Origin: the human T2T-CHM13v2.0 reference genome, Homo sapiens
DNA length: 64,000 bases
Assembly (NCBI RefSeq): GCF_009914755.1
Contig: NC_060931.1
Strand: one strand, 5' to 3'
The position numbers and the translations under genes were made by a program. Positions 48,528-64,000 of this stretch are shown here, piece after piece. The number at the start of each line of letters is the position of its first letter. The first letter of the stretch is position 1. The notes beneath the pieces are model-generated. The model was not told the origin of the DNA and ran no database searches. It was given only the letters and a program-made list of their open reading frames with translations.

Positions 48528-49555
48528 ATCCTGATGCAATATGTATTTAGGATAATTTTTAAATGGCTAAATATGACATGACTGTATTATAGCTATATTT
48601 CTGAGGCTTTTTTTGTATTTTATTAATATAGACTCTCATTGAATAATTTACCTTGCAGCAGATTTGACATTGCTGCATAGAAGGGGCAGGTGTTGGTTTT
48701 TGTTTCTTGCATTTCTCTGGGATGTGAAACACTTGGCTAACAAACACAACTAAGGCCTCTGGTACCCTCTGCCCTGCTGGCCTGGTGATGTCCCAGTGTC
48801 TCAGAACTGATCACTTGCTCCTCCTATTGTGTGAACCACTCTTAGCAGGCATTGCTACTGGATTCTTAACTAGAGAAAACTTACAGAACAGGTGTTAAGC
48901 CTTTTCCAATATTTAGTATTGTAGTCTTCATAGAAATCATTTCTAGTTACAGAAAAATTTAACTCCAGAATATGGTGATACAGTTTATGTTAAGAAACAT
49001 ATTTTAATTTATTATGCCATGAATTTATAAACATTTAATATAAAACATTATAACATTTGCTGTTTTAAAATTTTTGCTATTTTTTCACAAACTGATATTC
49101 AAAATATTAAACATTTGTTATTTTGTATAAACCTTTAAGTAAAAATATGCTGTTTTAATATTTAATTTAGTAGAATTAACAAAAACTTTTTAATAGTCAA
49201 ACTGAATTACCTTGTTTTATAAATGTTAAATTGTTTATATTTAAGTAATTAGCTTAAAAATATAGTTTTATGTTTTGTACATTAATTGATTAATAAAATA
49301 ATAATTTTATGTGAGAATGTTTTCAAAAAGCCAAATAAAGTCACAGATATTTTAGCTTCTTTCCCAGAATAAACTTATCATGCATTTGCTTACCTAAAAT
49401 TTAAGTTTCAAATTAGTTCTCTATATGAGATACTTAATCGAGCATATATATTTATATTCATTGATCAAACTGATATGCTACAGGAGAATGTATGCAATGT
49501 GTAAAAAATGCAAATGGCTGTATGCATTGAATAAAAATAATATACAATTAGAGTA
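48528..49555 (+). terminator. C7orf57: C7orf57 AU-rich 3' UTR with poly(A) signals; distal AATAAA at 49530-49535
   Basis: AATAAA at 49292, 49334, 49368 and 49530; the last is followed by a U-rich element TTTGTTTTTT at 49561. Confidence 0.65.
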
Positions 49556-50149
49556 AGAAGTTTGTTTTTTCCCTTTCCTATTCTCTTCCTTTCTCTATAT
49601 TCTCTTCCTTCCTTACCTCATTCCCAGACACCCCCACCTTAACAAAAAAGTCATCAGGAACAGATATCAATAGTGTAGAACGCTTCAATTATTTGTTTAG
49701 ATTATTATAGTAACAGAAACCTGTGGTTTAGGAAAAATGGGGACAAAATTTGGAGTAAGGACCAGTGATCAAATTTAGGCTCCACCTACAGTAGCCAGTG
49801 TTGACCTAAACAACAAGCAGAGAGGCTGTCTGAAAGCAAATGGTATTTATTTGGGAATGAAGCAGTTCAATGGAAATATAGTAAACCATGCACATATAGT
49901 AAACTGCGCACATATTCATGGAGGTCAAGGAAGACAAAAATAGGGAGGATTACATAATTGTTTTGACATAATTATCCTTGACTATAATGATCAATAATGA
50001 GGGTGATGCCAGTCCAGGTTTGAACAGGCAGTGGCTGAATAGATGTCCTCACAGAAGTATTTTTTTAATGTATGGTTGCAATACCCTTTGTTCAAGGTTG
50101 CAGTTTTATAGAGTCTTTTGTGATAGCTTTTGCTATTCTGTGCAATTCC

Positions 50150-50560
50150 AACTATATGGCATGCTGGGAATGGAAAAACTATGGCTGCAGTAAAACTATC
50201 ACTGATAGATGGGGATTAGGGAGGAAGAATGAATAGATAGAGCACAGAGGAATTTTAGGCCAGTTAAACTACTCTCTGTGTAATGCTACAACGGTGGAAA
50301 TATATCATTATAAGTTTGTCCAAACCCACAGAATTTATAACACCAAGAGTAAGCCTTAATATAAACTATGAACATTGGGTGATAATGGTGTCTCAAAATG
50401 GGTTCATCAAGTGTAACAAATGTTATCACTGCTGCTCCAGGTGTTGATGGTAGGAGAGGCTGTGAGTGCTGAGAGGAAAAGGAATATGGGAACTCTCTTC
50501 TTTATGCTCAATTTTGCTGTGATCCTAAAACTGACCCAAAAAGTCTATTAAAAATAAAAA
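50150..50560 (+). mobile_element. L1MC-type 3' end fragment
   Basis: gaatagatagagcacagaggaattttagg...tgctcaattttgctgtgatcctaaaactg. Confidence 0.7.
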
Positions 50561-50619
50561 AAATAAGATAATGCCCTACATGTCATAAAAAAAATAAAAA
50601 CTACAGTGTAAAAAAAGCA

Positions 50620-50736
50620 GGTTGGGCATGGTGGCACATGCCTATAGTCCCAGCTACATAGGAGGCTGAATACAGACTATTGCTTGAGCCCAGGAGTTCA
50701 AGTCCAGCCTGAGCAGCATAGTGAGGCCCTGTCTCA

Positions 50737-50775
<39 letters not shown>

Positions 50776-50777
50776 AT
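50620..50777 (+). mobile_element. FLAM (Alu monomer) with (AAAT)n tail
   Basis: Single left monomer, ttgagcccaggagttcaagtccagcctg. Confidence 0.85.
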
Positions 50778-50941
50778 ATTTTTATAAAGCAAAAAGTGTT
50801 GGGTTTGCTGCCTGCAGTGCTAAATGATGGGATATACAAGTGGTTGTATCACATCCCTTGAGTTAAAGGTTAAAAAACAACAGATCAACTTAGGTCTAAA
50901 GGACAAATCAGCATTAGTAACATTTAAAAATGAAAATAAGG

Positions 50942-50971
50942 GTGCTCACCTCAGCAGCACTTATACTAAAA
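50942..50971 (+). pseudogene. U6 snRNA 5' fragment, tailless retropseudogene
   Basis: GTGCTCACCTCAGCAGCACTTATACTAAAA vs U6 GTGCTCGCTTCGGCAGCACATATACTAAAA (26/30); 16-bp TSD AAAAATGAAAATAAGG. Confidence 0.85.
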
Positions 50972-53900
50972 ATGAAAATAAGGAGGAAAAATTATTTTCA
51001 AGTCTTTTTGTCCTTAGAGAGCAAAGCTCAGCAGCTTTGACAGGCTCTCACACTCTTAGTTTAGATTGCATGTGGGAGCTCTTTGTGAAACAATAAAGAG
51101 GCTGTCTGTGCAGTTTTAACAAGTACAATAATGTGCTACAGAAATTCTGATTCAGTAGCAAGCTCTTCAGGTGGTAAGACATGAACCCTCCTTTGAGACA
51201 TACTGCCCTGTAACCTGGGTCAATGCAAGTTTGAATTAAAAGATTTTGTTTTGAATGTGCCATGTTTTTATGAGGTTACTAAAAGATTTGCAATAAAGTA
51301 CAACTTTTCTACCCAAGAATATCCTAATTTCTTTGAAACTATCCATTATGTATTAATATGTAGCTATTCCTTGCCTCATGAACTATAGATGTACAATTAT
51401 TTTAAAACTCCATCTTGGGGACTTTCTGGTAGTTAAGATAATTATAACCATCTAAGCTAAATCTCCCCACACATCATTTAAAAATTGAGCAGATCAATTA
51501 ACCAAATTGAGCAGATGTACCAATCTTTGTACAGCTATAATATAAAGACAACCACCAATGGCCCATTTCTTCAGCATAATTAGAAAAGGAAGGACGTCAT
51601 AAGCTTAAAATGACCTGTAAATAGACAAACATAAACTTCCAGTAGAGTCATTTCTGTAGCTCCCACCACACACTTTACTGAAGATGAGGGAGGATCCAGA
51701 AAGACTCCAGAAAGAGAAGCAAGGGTGGAGGTAAAACTACCTGCAGAAGGAAAAGTCCCAGTTATGTGGGAACATAGTAAAAATGCATGGTGAAGGGGAA
51801 ATCGAAGTGGAGAAAATGGAAGACTCTATCAAACAACAGTAAACCAAAAAAAAATGGAAGGACACACCATCCCTCCCCTGTACCTATGAAAACAGCCACT
51901 CAAGAAAAAAGTCTTTACATCTCACTACTGATAGAAGATGGCACATTTGAATTGTATAAATCATCCCAGTAGACAACTCTATTCACAAAATAAAATATAT
52001 TAGAAGTCTTTATCTATTAAGAGAACAATAAGACAAAGGCAAAAACTGAGAATAAAAATATTTTGGCTGATAAAAATTTTCTCCAAAAAGTTAACAGTGA
52101 AACACCTCTATTACAACAATTCTCAAGCAAGCATTTAGAGATTTTTAAAATGTATACACAACAACAACAAACATACACTCTGGCTTGGAAATTTAAAAAC
52201 TAAGAACAGAAATTAATTCCATCCTGTAAAAAAAAGAACAAATAAAATGAGAGTTTATTTAATTTCAAGAAGAAAAAGAATCAAAAGAAAAATTATATCA
52301 GAAATAAGGACTATAAGATGCCCAAAGGAGAACAGATTCCAATAAAAATGTAATATGAGTCATTGAAGAAAAGAAAGAAAAGAACGAAGAGAGTGAAAAT
52401 GAGATGAAATGGAAAGGATTAGAGGGAAATTTGTTGAAATGGAAGACAATGAAAGAAGATTAAACATATGTACAATTGGATTCTCTGAAGAAGGAAAAAG
52501 CTATATACAATGGAACAGAACTAATATTTATAACTGTAACTCAAGAAAATATTTCAGAAATAATACTTGAATCTACATATTGGAAAGATCCACAATGTAC
52601 CAGGAAAACTTATTTGTAACAATGTCAAGACATATTCTAATAAAATTATAAGGTTTTATTGTAAATAAAATATCCCCAGTTCTCTAAAGATCTAATAACT
52701 TACAAGGTCAAACAAAATTATCCGGCGTAAGATTTCTCAAAAGCAATATGCAAGGCAACACTGAAATAGCATTTTCAAGAAACTCAATGAAAGAATATAT
52801 GAACCAAGCCAAACTGTCCCTCAAGTGTCAAGGCTATAGAAGAACAGTTTCAAACTTGTAAGAATGAGCCTTTTCTGAAGCACCAGCTAGAGGATGAGAC
52901 TGACTCAGCTAAAAATCACTGAAGAAAATTCAGCAAAAGGACCACTGATGAGCACTTAATATAGTTAATTGTGGACCTGAAACTAAAATAAAAGTGGGGA
53001 AAACATGAAAGAGTAATATATAAATGTTCTATGTTCTGACAAACTAGAAATAACATAACTAAAATTTTAGAAAAGGAAAAGATAAATCTAAAATAAACCC
53101 TTTGGTGGATAGGTCATACACAGTACTCAAAGAATACCATTAGAAACTGACAAAACAGATAGTAAAAAATTAAATAAGAAAACAGAAATAAGGGCACTAA
53201 GAAAGACATAAGTTAAAAAAATAAAAACAAAACATTACAGAGAAAGAAAAATAGTAAATATAATACTCATAATAATTACAATAATGTGACTGAATTAAGA
53301 CTACACCTGTAAGTCATATCAATAAATGCAAATGAGCTTAACTCATCTGTTAAAAGATTTTCATTTTGGTTTACAAAGCAAGACACAAATGTCATATGCT
53401 GGAGACATGAGACACATCTGAAACAAAGGATTCAGAAAGGCTAAAAATGAAATGATGAGCAAAGGCATACCAGGAAAACAGAAATAATAGAAAACACAGG
53501 TAGCAATATTTATGTCATACAAAGTAAAATTCAAGCAATAAACATTACATGAGACAAATAAAGAACTTTTTAATACTAAAAGCCAGAAGTCATGGGAAAG
53601 ACAGTACAGTTATGAATATCTAAGTATCGAGTATAACAGAGACCACTTTTATGAGGCAGGAACTACAGGAAATGCAAGGAGTCAACTACTAATAGGATAC
53701 TTTAACAGATCACTCTCAGTGCAATTCAGATCAACCAGAAAAAGATAACAAAGGTTATAGAAGGCCTAAGCAGTGTAATCAATATGATAGGTCGTACGGA
53801 TATATATCAAAAGTTAAGATGCGATAATAGAATGTATACCTTCAAATGCATGCACAGAATATTCACATAAATAGTTGTTATACTGGAACACAATAATGTA

Positions 53901-54449
53901 GAAATGTGCAAATACTACTCTGACCACAGCTCAATAAACCTGGAAATTAATCACAAAATCAATAAACTTAAAAAAATTCCCACCAGGAAATTTTTGAAAA
54001 CCTGCACAACTTATATTTAATGCCCTTGATGAAAGAGAAAGTACTAACCTAAATTACAAAATTTCTAAAAATAAATATAATAAAAATTCTCCTAGTAAGG
54101 ACCTATGAGAACTAGACCTAACACATATATACAGAGCACTACACCCAACGACAGCAGAAGGCAAATTCTTCTCATGTGTACATGGAACATTCTTTAAGAC
54201 AGAGCATACATTAGGCAACAAAATAAGCCTCAAGAAATCTAGTAAGATGGACATCATACAGCGTATCTTCTCCAGCCACAATGGACTGAAACCAGAAATT
54301 AATAACAGGAAAACTGGAAATTTCACAAATATGTGGAAATTAAACAACACATATGTAAGTGACCAGTTGGTCAAAGAAGACATCACAGGGAAATTAGGAA
54401 ATAGTTTGAGATGAATGAAACAAAAGCACAGTATATAAAAACTTATGGA

Positions 54450-54881
<432 letters not shown>

Positions 54882-55946
54882 TTTTTTAAAGTTTTTATAT
54901 GTTGTACTTTTTTAATGTAAACAAATACATGAAAAAAGAATAAAGATCTCAAATCTGTAACCTATCTTTACATTTTGAGGAACTATAATAAGAACAAACT
55001 GAACCCAAAGTTAGCAGAAGGAAGGGAATGATCAAGATTAAAGCAGAAGTCAACAAAACAGAGAATAGGAAAAAATACACACTCAATGAAACCAAAGTTG
55101 GTTCTGTGAACAGATTAACAAAACTGACAAACTGTTAGCTAGAATGATGAAGAAAGAAAGAGAGAAAACTCATATTACCAAAAAAAGAAATAAAAGTAAA
55201 GACATTGCTACCAACATTAAAGAAATTAAAAAGGATTATAACACTATGAACAACTGTACTCCAATAGAATTAGATAACCAAGATGAATGGACAAATTCTT
55301 AGAACACTCATATTACAAAAAGTGACTCAAGAAGAAATAAGAAAATATGAACAGATCTATAAAAATTAAAGATACTGACCCAGTAATCAAAAACCTCCCA
55401 ATAATGGAAGTAGTTTTCACTAATTACCAGTTATGAACAACAATCTTTCTCCAGCTCTTCTAAAAATCGTAAAGGAAGGAATACTTCCTAACTCATGAGG
55501 CCAGCATTACTTTGATCCCAAAGTCAGATAAAGGACATTGCAAAAAAAGAAAATTACTATCCAATATTCCTTATGAATATAGATGCAAAAATATTTAACA
55601 AAATACTGTCAAACTGAATCCACTAGCATATTAAAAGAATTAAATGTCATGACCAAGTGGGATGTATCCTAAGAATGCGAGGCTGGCTAAATTAATCAAT
55701 CACATTGAGGGAATGAAAGGAAAAAAAAACCATAATCATCTAAATTCATCCAGAAATGTATGTATAGCATACACCCACAATATATCCAATATCATGTTAA
55801 ATACTCAACACACCAGGAATTGAAGGGCACTTCCTTACCCTGATAAAGGACAGTTATGAAAAACCTGCAGCTAATATCAAAATCAATGATGAAAGGCTGA
55901 AGGCTTTCCCTCTAAGATCAAGAACCAGATAAAAATGCCTGCTTTT

Positions 55947-56292
<346 letters not shown>

Positions 56293-56362
56293 TTAGGGAA
56301 GGAAAAAAAAAGGCATACCAGCTGGAAATACAGAAATAAGTAGAATTATCTCTATTTCCAAA

Positions 56363-56718
56363 TGGTTCTACAGTTTGAGTGTTGGTGTCTCCCTACTTCA
56401 AATTCCCAATTAAGATAGTATTTAGAGGTGGGGACTTCAGGAAGTCATTAGGTCATGAGGGCAGAGTCCTCATAAATGAGATTAGTGCCCTTATAGAAGA
56501 GGCTTGAGAGAACCTGTTTGCCGCTACTGCCATTTGAAGATGAAGAAAGAAGCCACCATATTTGAAGCAGACAGTGACTCTTCCACCAGACACTGAATCT
56601 GCTGGCCCCTTGATCTTGGACTTCCCAACTTCCAGAATAGTGAGCAATAAATTTCTGTTGTTTATTAATTAAGAAGTTTAAGGTATTTTGTTATAGCAGC
56701 AGGAACAAACTGAGACAG
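56363..56718 (+). mobile_element. MLT1A-like MaLR LTR
   Basis: cattaggtcatgagggcagagtcctc...ttggacttcccaacttccagaa...ttgttatagcagc. Confidence 0.8.
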
Positions 56719-57910
56719 ATGGAATGATCTTATACAGTGCAGTATACAGAAAATCCTAAAGAATACACACACACACACACACACCCCTATTATATGGCCT
56801 ATGGCCAATAAATGAATTCAGCAAAGTTGCAGCATACAAAATCAATGCACAAAAATCAGTTGCATTTCTATACTTCAACAATGCATAATCTGAAAAGGAA
56901 ATTAAGAAAACATTTCCATTTTCAATAGTATCAAAAAGAATAAAATACTTAGAAATAAATTTAAATAAGGAGGAGACTTGTACACTAAAAACTACAAAAC
57001 ATTATTAAAAGAAATTGAAGAATACAGAGTAAATCCAGAGACATCTGTGGTCATGGATTGGAAGACTTAATATTAAGATGGCAACACTCCTCCAAACAAT
57101 CTACACACTTAATGCTATACTAATGGAGGCAGAGTGGTACTGGCATAAGGAGAGACATATACACCAATGGCATAGAACTGAGCTTCCAGAAATAACATCA
57201 TATGCCTACAGTCAGTTGATTTTAAACAAGGGTGTCAAAACCATTCATGGTGAAAGAACAGTCTGAAGTTCTAACCCTTTAACTGTATCTTGGTTTTTCC
57301 TAATCCTGAAGCTAATCTAGGGGCTCCTAACCAAAAAAGGCATCTCATTATCGTATAAATGACACTCTTTTTCACTCTGGAGATTCCACAGGTTTTAGGA
57401 GTTGTGTGCCAAAAACCAAAGACAAAACCCGAGTATCTTTTAAAAATTATAACACAGTATATCTGGAAAACCCTAAAAAATAAATAACAAAACTAACTCA
57501 GACTATAAGATAAACCAATGTTACTGGCATATATGATCAATATGCAGAAATCTGCAATATAAATTTTTTAATTGACAAATACAATCGTATATATTTATGG
57601 TATGCAACATAATGCAAGTTTTGTATACACAAACAATGACCATTTAGATGATAAAATAGTAGAGAAAATTCCATTTATGGTAACAAAAAAGGAGACTAAA
57701 TATTTGGGAATAAATTTATCAACAAGTAAAATCTACATGAGAAAAAATTTTAAAACACTCCAGAAGACATAAAAGTAGTCTTGAACTAGACATCCCTTGC
57801 TTTAGCCAGGATAGCAACATTATAAGGATGCCAGTTAATTTATAAATTTAACACAATCCCAATAAAAATATGAATAACCCTTTTAAAGTCAATACTAAAA
57901 TCCCTACAGA

Positions 57911-58264
<354 letters not shown>

Positions 58265-58854
58265 CTACAAGGGAGACTAGGCCAACTAAAAAGTAAAACA
58301 TACCAAAAAGCCTTCATAATAAAACAGTGTGGTTCTGGCACATGAATGACAAACAGGTCAGTGGAAAAGATGAAAAAATAATACAACTACAGACATAGGT
58401 AAATACGTGTATAATGAAGGTGGCATCGCATAATGACCGAGAAAATAAAGTTTTTAATACATGGGACAAGTATACAGCCATTTCGATAGAAAAAAAGAGA
58501 AAAAGAGAAAATTAGATCCATACCTCACACCATACACAAGCAATACTCAGCATGGACACTGAGAAGCACGTTGTCAGTTATGTGGTGCCAGGCTACAGCT
58601 GCAAGCTCCTCATCTCTCAGTCAAGTGGGAAGGACAACAGCGTTGCTAGGTCTTCTTCCAGTTCTGAGAAAAGGGAGTCAAAATTCATGAAACCTGACAG
58701 TTGGGTCTCCGCCATCCCAGTCTAAATGCCCTGGTGAGAGTTTAATCTGTACATGATGGCGACCACGAGTTAAGACACCAGCTGCCATCTGGAGTGTGAG
58801 CTACCTGCAGCTCTTCAAGGGAAAATAGGATTCAGATCCACTTTTTAGATAAAA

Positions 58855-59368
58855 TAGTGGTTCTCAGAGCATGTTCCCAAGGGTGCTTGGGAATACCCAA
58901 GACCTGTTCAGGAGTCTGCTAGGTCAGAACAATTTTCATAATAATTTAAAAACTGTATTTATCTCTTTCTCTTATTTTCTCCCTATATTCAACAGTGTTT
59001 ACTGTACTATATGACATATGATTCTATTTCAGATTAAATGCAGAAGCAGACCTGAGAATTTAACTGTCTCTATTAAGCTGGATAGTGAAGGAATTGGCAA
59101 AAATGTAGAATTATGCCACTCCTCACACTTTTTTTTGTTTTGTAAAGATATAGTTATGTTTCATATACATGTCATTTATACTAATATAATGGGTTAATTA
59201 TTGTTACTTTAAAATAAATTAATAAGTAAATAGGCTAAATATATTAGTTTTAATTTCTAATATAATAAACATCAATAGCTAAATACCTACATACACATTT
59301 CTTTGAAGTCTTCAGTGATTTTTAAGAGTGTAAAGGGGTCCTGAAACCAAAATGTTGGAGGTCTGCTG
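58855..59368. mobile_element. Charlie1-type hAT DNA transposon fossil
   Basis: agtggttctca...gcagaagcagacctgagaat...aaaggggtcctgaaaccaaaatgttg. Confidence 0.65.
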
Positions 59369-59860
59369 AGTTACAGCAACTCAGAGAGGTTAAGTGACTT
59401 CCCTGCTATCACATAGCATGTGTCAGACAGATGCCTGTCCACCTCTGGACCTTTATGCGCTTTCCTTTCTTGTTTTACTGTGTTCCAGCCTTTGCATTAC
59501 CCCATACGATACACGCAAATTGGATGCCACCTTTTGAAAACCCTTACTTAAAGAATTTTATTTTCATTTGGTGCAGTATTTGTGCTTTGCCAGTGGAGTA
59601 TAAAACACTTAATCTTTCCACTCACTCAGACCTGGGGCTGAAGTAGTTTACAGGACAAGGACACCAAGATCTCCACTTAGGATGTTACCTAGAAAGGCTT
59701 TCTGATATCTCAAGGTTGTGCAAGGGAAAGCTAACACCATCATTTCTTTTGAGATAGACCTGCTTTGGGCAGCCAACTGCCATGGGGTGAGGTGGTGTGG
59801 GACACAGAAGGCAACAGGGGAGAAATAAGCAGAAAAGAATAAATGTCCAAACTGCTTGGC

Positions 59861-60135
59861 AATGCACAGTGTATATTACATAGCATACAATGCACAGTGT
59901 ATATTACAATGCACAGTGTATATTACAGTGCACAGTGTATATTACATAGCAATGCACAGTATATTACATAGCTGTATATTACAGTGTATATTACATATTA
60001 CATTACATATACACAGTGTATAATATATTACACAGTGTATATTATTGTATATTACACAGTGTATATTACAATGCACAGTGTATATTACATATTACACTGT
60101 GTATATTACATATTACACCGTGTATATTACATGTG
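59861..60135. repeat. AT-rich minisatellite, unit ~AATGCACAGTGTATATTAC
   Basis: Many variant copies of GTGTATATTACA / TGCACAGTG. Confidence 0.9.
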
Positions 60136-60176
60136 CAAAGGTGTGCAATGTGCAGTAGAAAGACACGCACTTTCCC

Positions 60177-60262
60177 TCGCGCCACTGCACTCCAGCCTGG
60201 GTGACAGAGCGAGACTCCATCTCAAAAAACAAACAAACAAACAAAACACAAAACACACAAAA
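60177..60262 (+). mobile_element. Alu 3'-end fragment
   Basis: tcgcgccactgcactccagcctgggtgacagagcgagactccatctc plus A-rich tail. Confidence 0.85.
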
Positions 60263-60337
60263 AACCAGAAAACTACAACCCAACTATATGCTGTTTATAA
60301 GAAACTCACTTCACTTACAACACATGAAAATACAAAA

Positions 60338-60694
60338 TGGTCGTGTACCATGTAATAATATTTCTGTCAATGACAGAGCTCATATACAACTGTGGTCCTA
60401 TAAGACTACAATACTGTATTTTAAATTACATTTTCAGTGTTTTTATATGTTTAGATACACTAATACTTACCATTGTGTTACAATTGACTGCGCTATTCAG
60501 CATAGCACTATGCTGTACAGGATTGTAGCCTAGGAACAATAGGATATACCATATAACCCAGCCTAGATATGTTAGGTATACCATCTAGGTTTGTAGAAGT
60601 ATGCTCTACGCTGTTTTTACAATGAGGAAATTGTCTAATTGTCTAATGGTGCATTTCTCAGAATGTATCTCCAGTGCTAATTGAGGAATAACTC
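60338..60694 (+). mobile_element. Tigger3a (MER7A)-like DNA transposon
   Basis: gtggtcctataagactacaatac...atacttaccattgtgttacaattg...gcatttctcagaatgtatctcc. Confidence 0.75.
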
Positions 60695-62275
60695 TACATC
60701 AAAATTTGTGGGATGCAGCTAAAGCAATGCTGAGAGGAAAATTTATGCCCATATTAGAATTGAAGACAGGCTTCAAATCAATATTCTAGGTTGTCACTTC
60801 AAAAAACTATACAAAAGTAGCAAACTAAGCCCAGAGAAGGCAGAAGAAAGGAAACAATAAAGCTTAGAGCAGAAATCAATAAAGTTGAAAATAGAAAAAC
60901 AATAGAGGAAATCAATGAAACAAAAGTTTGTTCTTGAAAAAATCAATAAAATCAACAAATCTCTAGCAAGACTGATAAGAATAAAAAGAAAGAAGATACA
61001 AACACCAATATCAATAATGAAATAGGGAATACCACAACAGACATCGCAGCCATTAAAAAGATGGTAGAAAAAAACACTAGGACCAACTTTACCTTCATAA
61101 ACCTAGTGATTTATAAGAAATAAATGAATTCTTCAAAAGTCACAAACTACCAAAACTCAACCAAGATGAAATACACTGCTTGAATTGTTCTATACCTATT
61201 CAAAAAATTGAATTCATAATTCCTCACAACTTGGAGGTTTCCCACATGGTTTCAATGGGAAATTCAACAAAATGTTTCAAGAATTAACGCCAATTTTACA
61301 CCATTTCTTTTAGAAATTAAAAGAGGAGAGAACCCTTTTCAACTTATTTCATGAGGCCAGTATTATCTTGATGCCAAAATGAGATGAGCACAGCATAGAA
61401 GAGGAAGACTGCAGACTAATATTTCTTATAAATTTAGATTTTAAAATCTTCAAGAAAATATTAGCAAACAGAATTCAAGAATGTGTAAAAATAATTATAT
61501 CCAATTACCAAGTGAAATCTATTACAGGTATGCAAGGTGGTTCAACATTCAAAAATCAGTTAGTTTAGTGTAGTTTGCCATGTAAATATGCTAAAGAAGA
61601 AAAATCACATGATTCTATAAATTGACACAGAGCATTTGGCAAAATTCAGTATCTACGTATGATAAAAGCTCTTAGCAAATTAGGAATCAAGAGGAACTAC
61701 CTCAATTTGATAAAGAACATCCACAAAAAACCCTACAGTTAACATATTTAATAGTGAAAGATGAAATGATGCTTTCCTCCAATGACCAGAAACAAAGCAA
61801 GGATGTCCACTCTCACCCTTCTTATTCATCATAGTACTGGAAGGCCTAGCCACTGAAGCAAGGGAAAAAAAGAAAATAAAAGGCATACAAGTGGGAAAGG
61901 AAGAAATAAAACTGTCTCTGTTTGTAAATGAGATGATTGTCTGTGTAAGATTTCCCAAAGAATCTACAGAAACACTCTTAGAACTAATAAGTGAGTCCAG
62001 TAATGTTGCAGTTTAAAAAACCCAGACATACAAATAAATCACTCTTCTATACACAACAATGAAGATGTAAGAATTGAAAAATTTAAAACACAATGCCATT
62101 TATGATCACTCCAAAGATAATGGACTGCTTAGGTATACACTTAACAATACATGTACAGGACCTGCCTGTTCAAAATTACAAAATGCTGATGACAAAGTTT
62201 TTAAAAGACTTACATATGTAGAGAGACATACTGTGTGGATTAGAAGGCTCAACATAGTAAACATGTCATTTCTAC
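60695..62275 (+). mobile_element. Degraded L1 ORF2 fragment
   Basis: tgggatgcagctaaagca...caaggatgtccactctcacc...gtactggaag motifs; resumes after ~63771. Confidence 0.8.
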
Positions 62276-62393
62276 TGTTAAAGAAAAATATTATTCATGA
62301 CTCTTATTAAAGATAGTAGAGAGGTTTTATTCAGGACTTTTGCAACAGATATAGGCACCACTGTGATGGGTTTTTACAGTAGGAGAGAGAGAT

Positions 62394-63102
62394 TGTGAAA
62401 GCATATTTGCAAAAATTTTGACAGAGAAACCTAATATGGCTGACAACATCTTGCTTCTAGTCTCACAGGCTGACTGTCTTCACTCATTCCTGCACATAGG
62501 CCAAGCTAATCACAGGAGGAATTTAGTTTATAGTTTAAGTTGGAAACAAGGATAACAATAGCACTTCCCTAAAACTAAGCCCCTCCTTGCTCAGGGACTC
62601 AAAATTAGTGAAAGGCCATGAGATTAGGATCATGGGAGGGACCTGAACTCTGCTAAAATGTAGGCACAGTTTCTATAATTCTTTACTTCCCAGGAGTCAT
62701 GTGGCCAGAGGTCACAAGATTGGTGACTTCACCAATTGCTCCTGTAGATAACATCACTATTGTAGAACCTAAGATTGGTCTTTTGAGATGGTTTTCAGAT
62801 TTTTGCCTTCTGGCAACCAGCTGACTTCATCTGGAGCCATGACTCATGGCTCTACCAGGCATGTAGCCCACACCCAGAGGCTGGCTCAATTTTTCAATCA
62901 GCAGCACCAATTCCCTAGCCCCCTACCCACCAAGTTATCTATAAAAACTTGTCTCTGAGTTTTCAGACTGATTTGAGTGATAACCCCAGTCCTTCTGCTC
63001 AGCTGCCTTGCTTTAATTAAACTCTTTCTTTACTGCAATACCATGGTCTCAGTGAACTGGTTTTGTCTGTGCAACAGCCAGGACGAACCCATCAGGTGTT
63101 AC
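62394..63102 (+). mobile_element. LTR8/LTR8B-like solo LTR
   Basis: tgaaagcatatttgcaaaa...catcttgcttctag...gaacccatcaggtgttaca; related to 3965-4696. Confidence 0.7.
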
Positions 63103-63416
63103 AGCTGGGTTCAACAACTAATACAAGGATAAGTGGGAATTTACAGCCAAGGAGCTGTACAGGGTCAGTAGATAGAAAATTACTAAGAGAAAACATCTAG
63201 GCTAAGGGGATTCTGGCTAAACTGAATCAACCTACTTGCTGAAGACAAGGCAAGGTGATAAGGTATCTAGGGCAAATAATTAGAAATTTGATCAGATATC
63301 AAGCATACGGGACTTTTGCTAAATTAACTCAGCAGGATTCTTGCTAAAACTCAACTAAGTGGACATATACTATGGACTAAGGACAGATCAGGTTCTAGTC
63401 AGAAAGGGGACTCAGA

Positions 63417-63748
<332 letters not shown>

Positions 63749-63877
63749 TCAAAAAAAGAGAGGCTTAGTCACTACCCAAATTGATCTATAGGTTTGATAC
63801 GATCTCTATCAGAATCCCAGTATGTTTTGTTTTATTTTATTTTTTCGCAGACATAGATGTGTGTGTTCTAAAATTTA

Positions 63878-64000
<123 letters not shown>

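Overview
Eukaryotic hominid (human or great-ape) genomic DNA, not prokaryotic. It matches the SUN3-C7orf57 locus (human 7p12.3 by recall). On the minus strand are the first three coding exons of SUN3, the testis LINC-complex SUN-domain protein (aa 1-96; the gene continues off the left edge). On the plus strand, head-to-head with SUN3 and starting in a CpG island (~23.5-24.7 kb), is a complete C7orf57 gene. Its 8 coding exons splice in phase to 888 nt (295 aa + stop) and include a 12-nt microexon. The rest is mostly interspersed repeats: nested L1s, Alus, MaLR/ERVL/ERV1 solo LTRs, an intact HERV-W (LTR17) solo LTR, Tigger/Charlie DNA transposon fossils and a tailless U6 retrocopy. Most notable observations: (1) competing inverted Alu pairs around the microexon; (2) an X-box + MYB + 32-bp-spaced CCAAT promoter together with a repeated D-[WY]-x-x-H protein motif, suggesting a ciliary/flagellar role; (3) a CpG-rich ~28-bp minisatellite next to a minus-strand donor in intron 1; (4) the antisense HERV-W LTR; (5) a fold-back inversion that appears to preserve a pre-Alu empty site. 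Repeat subfamily names and gene identities are from memory of consensus/protein sequences, not from a search. I found no evidence of a wholly novel gene system.
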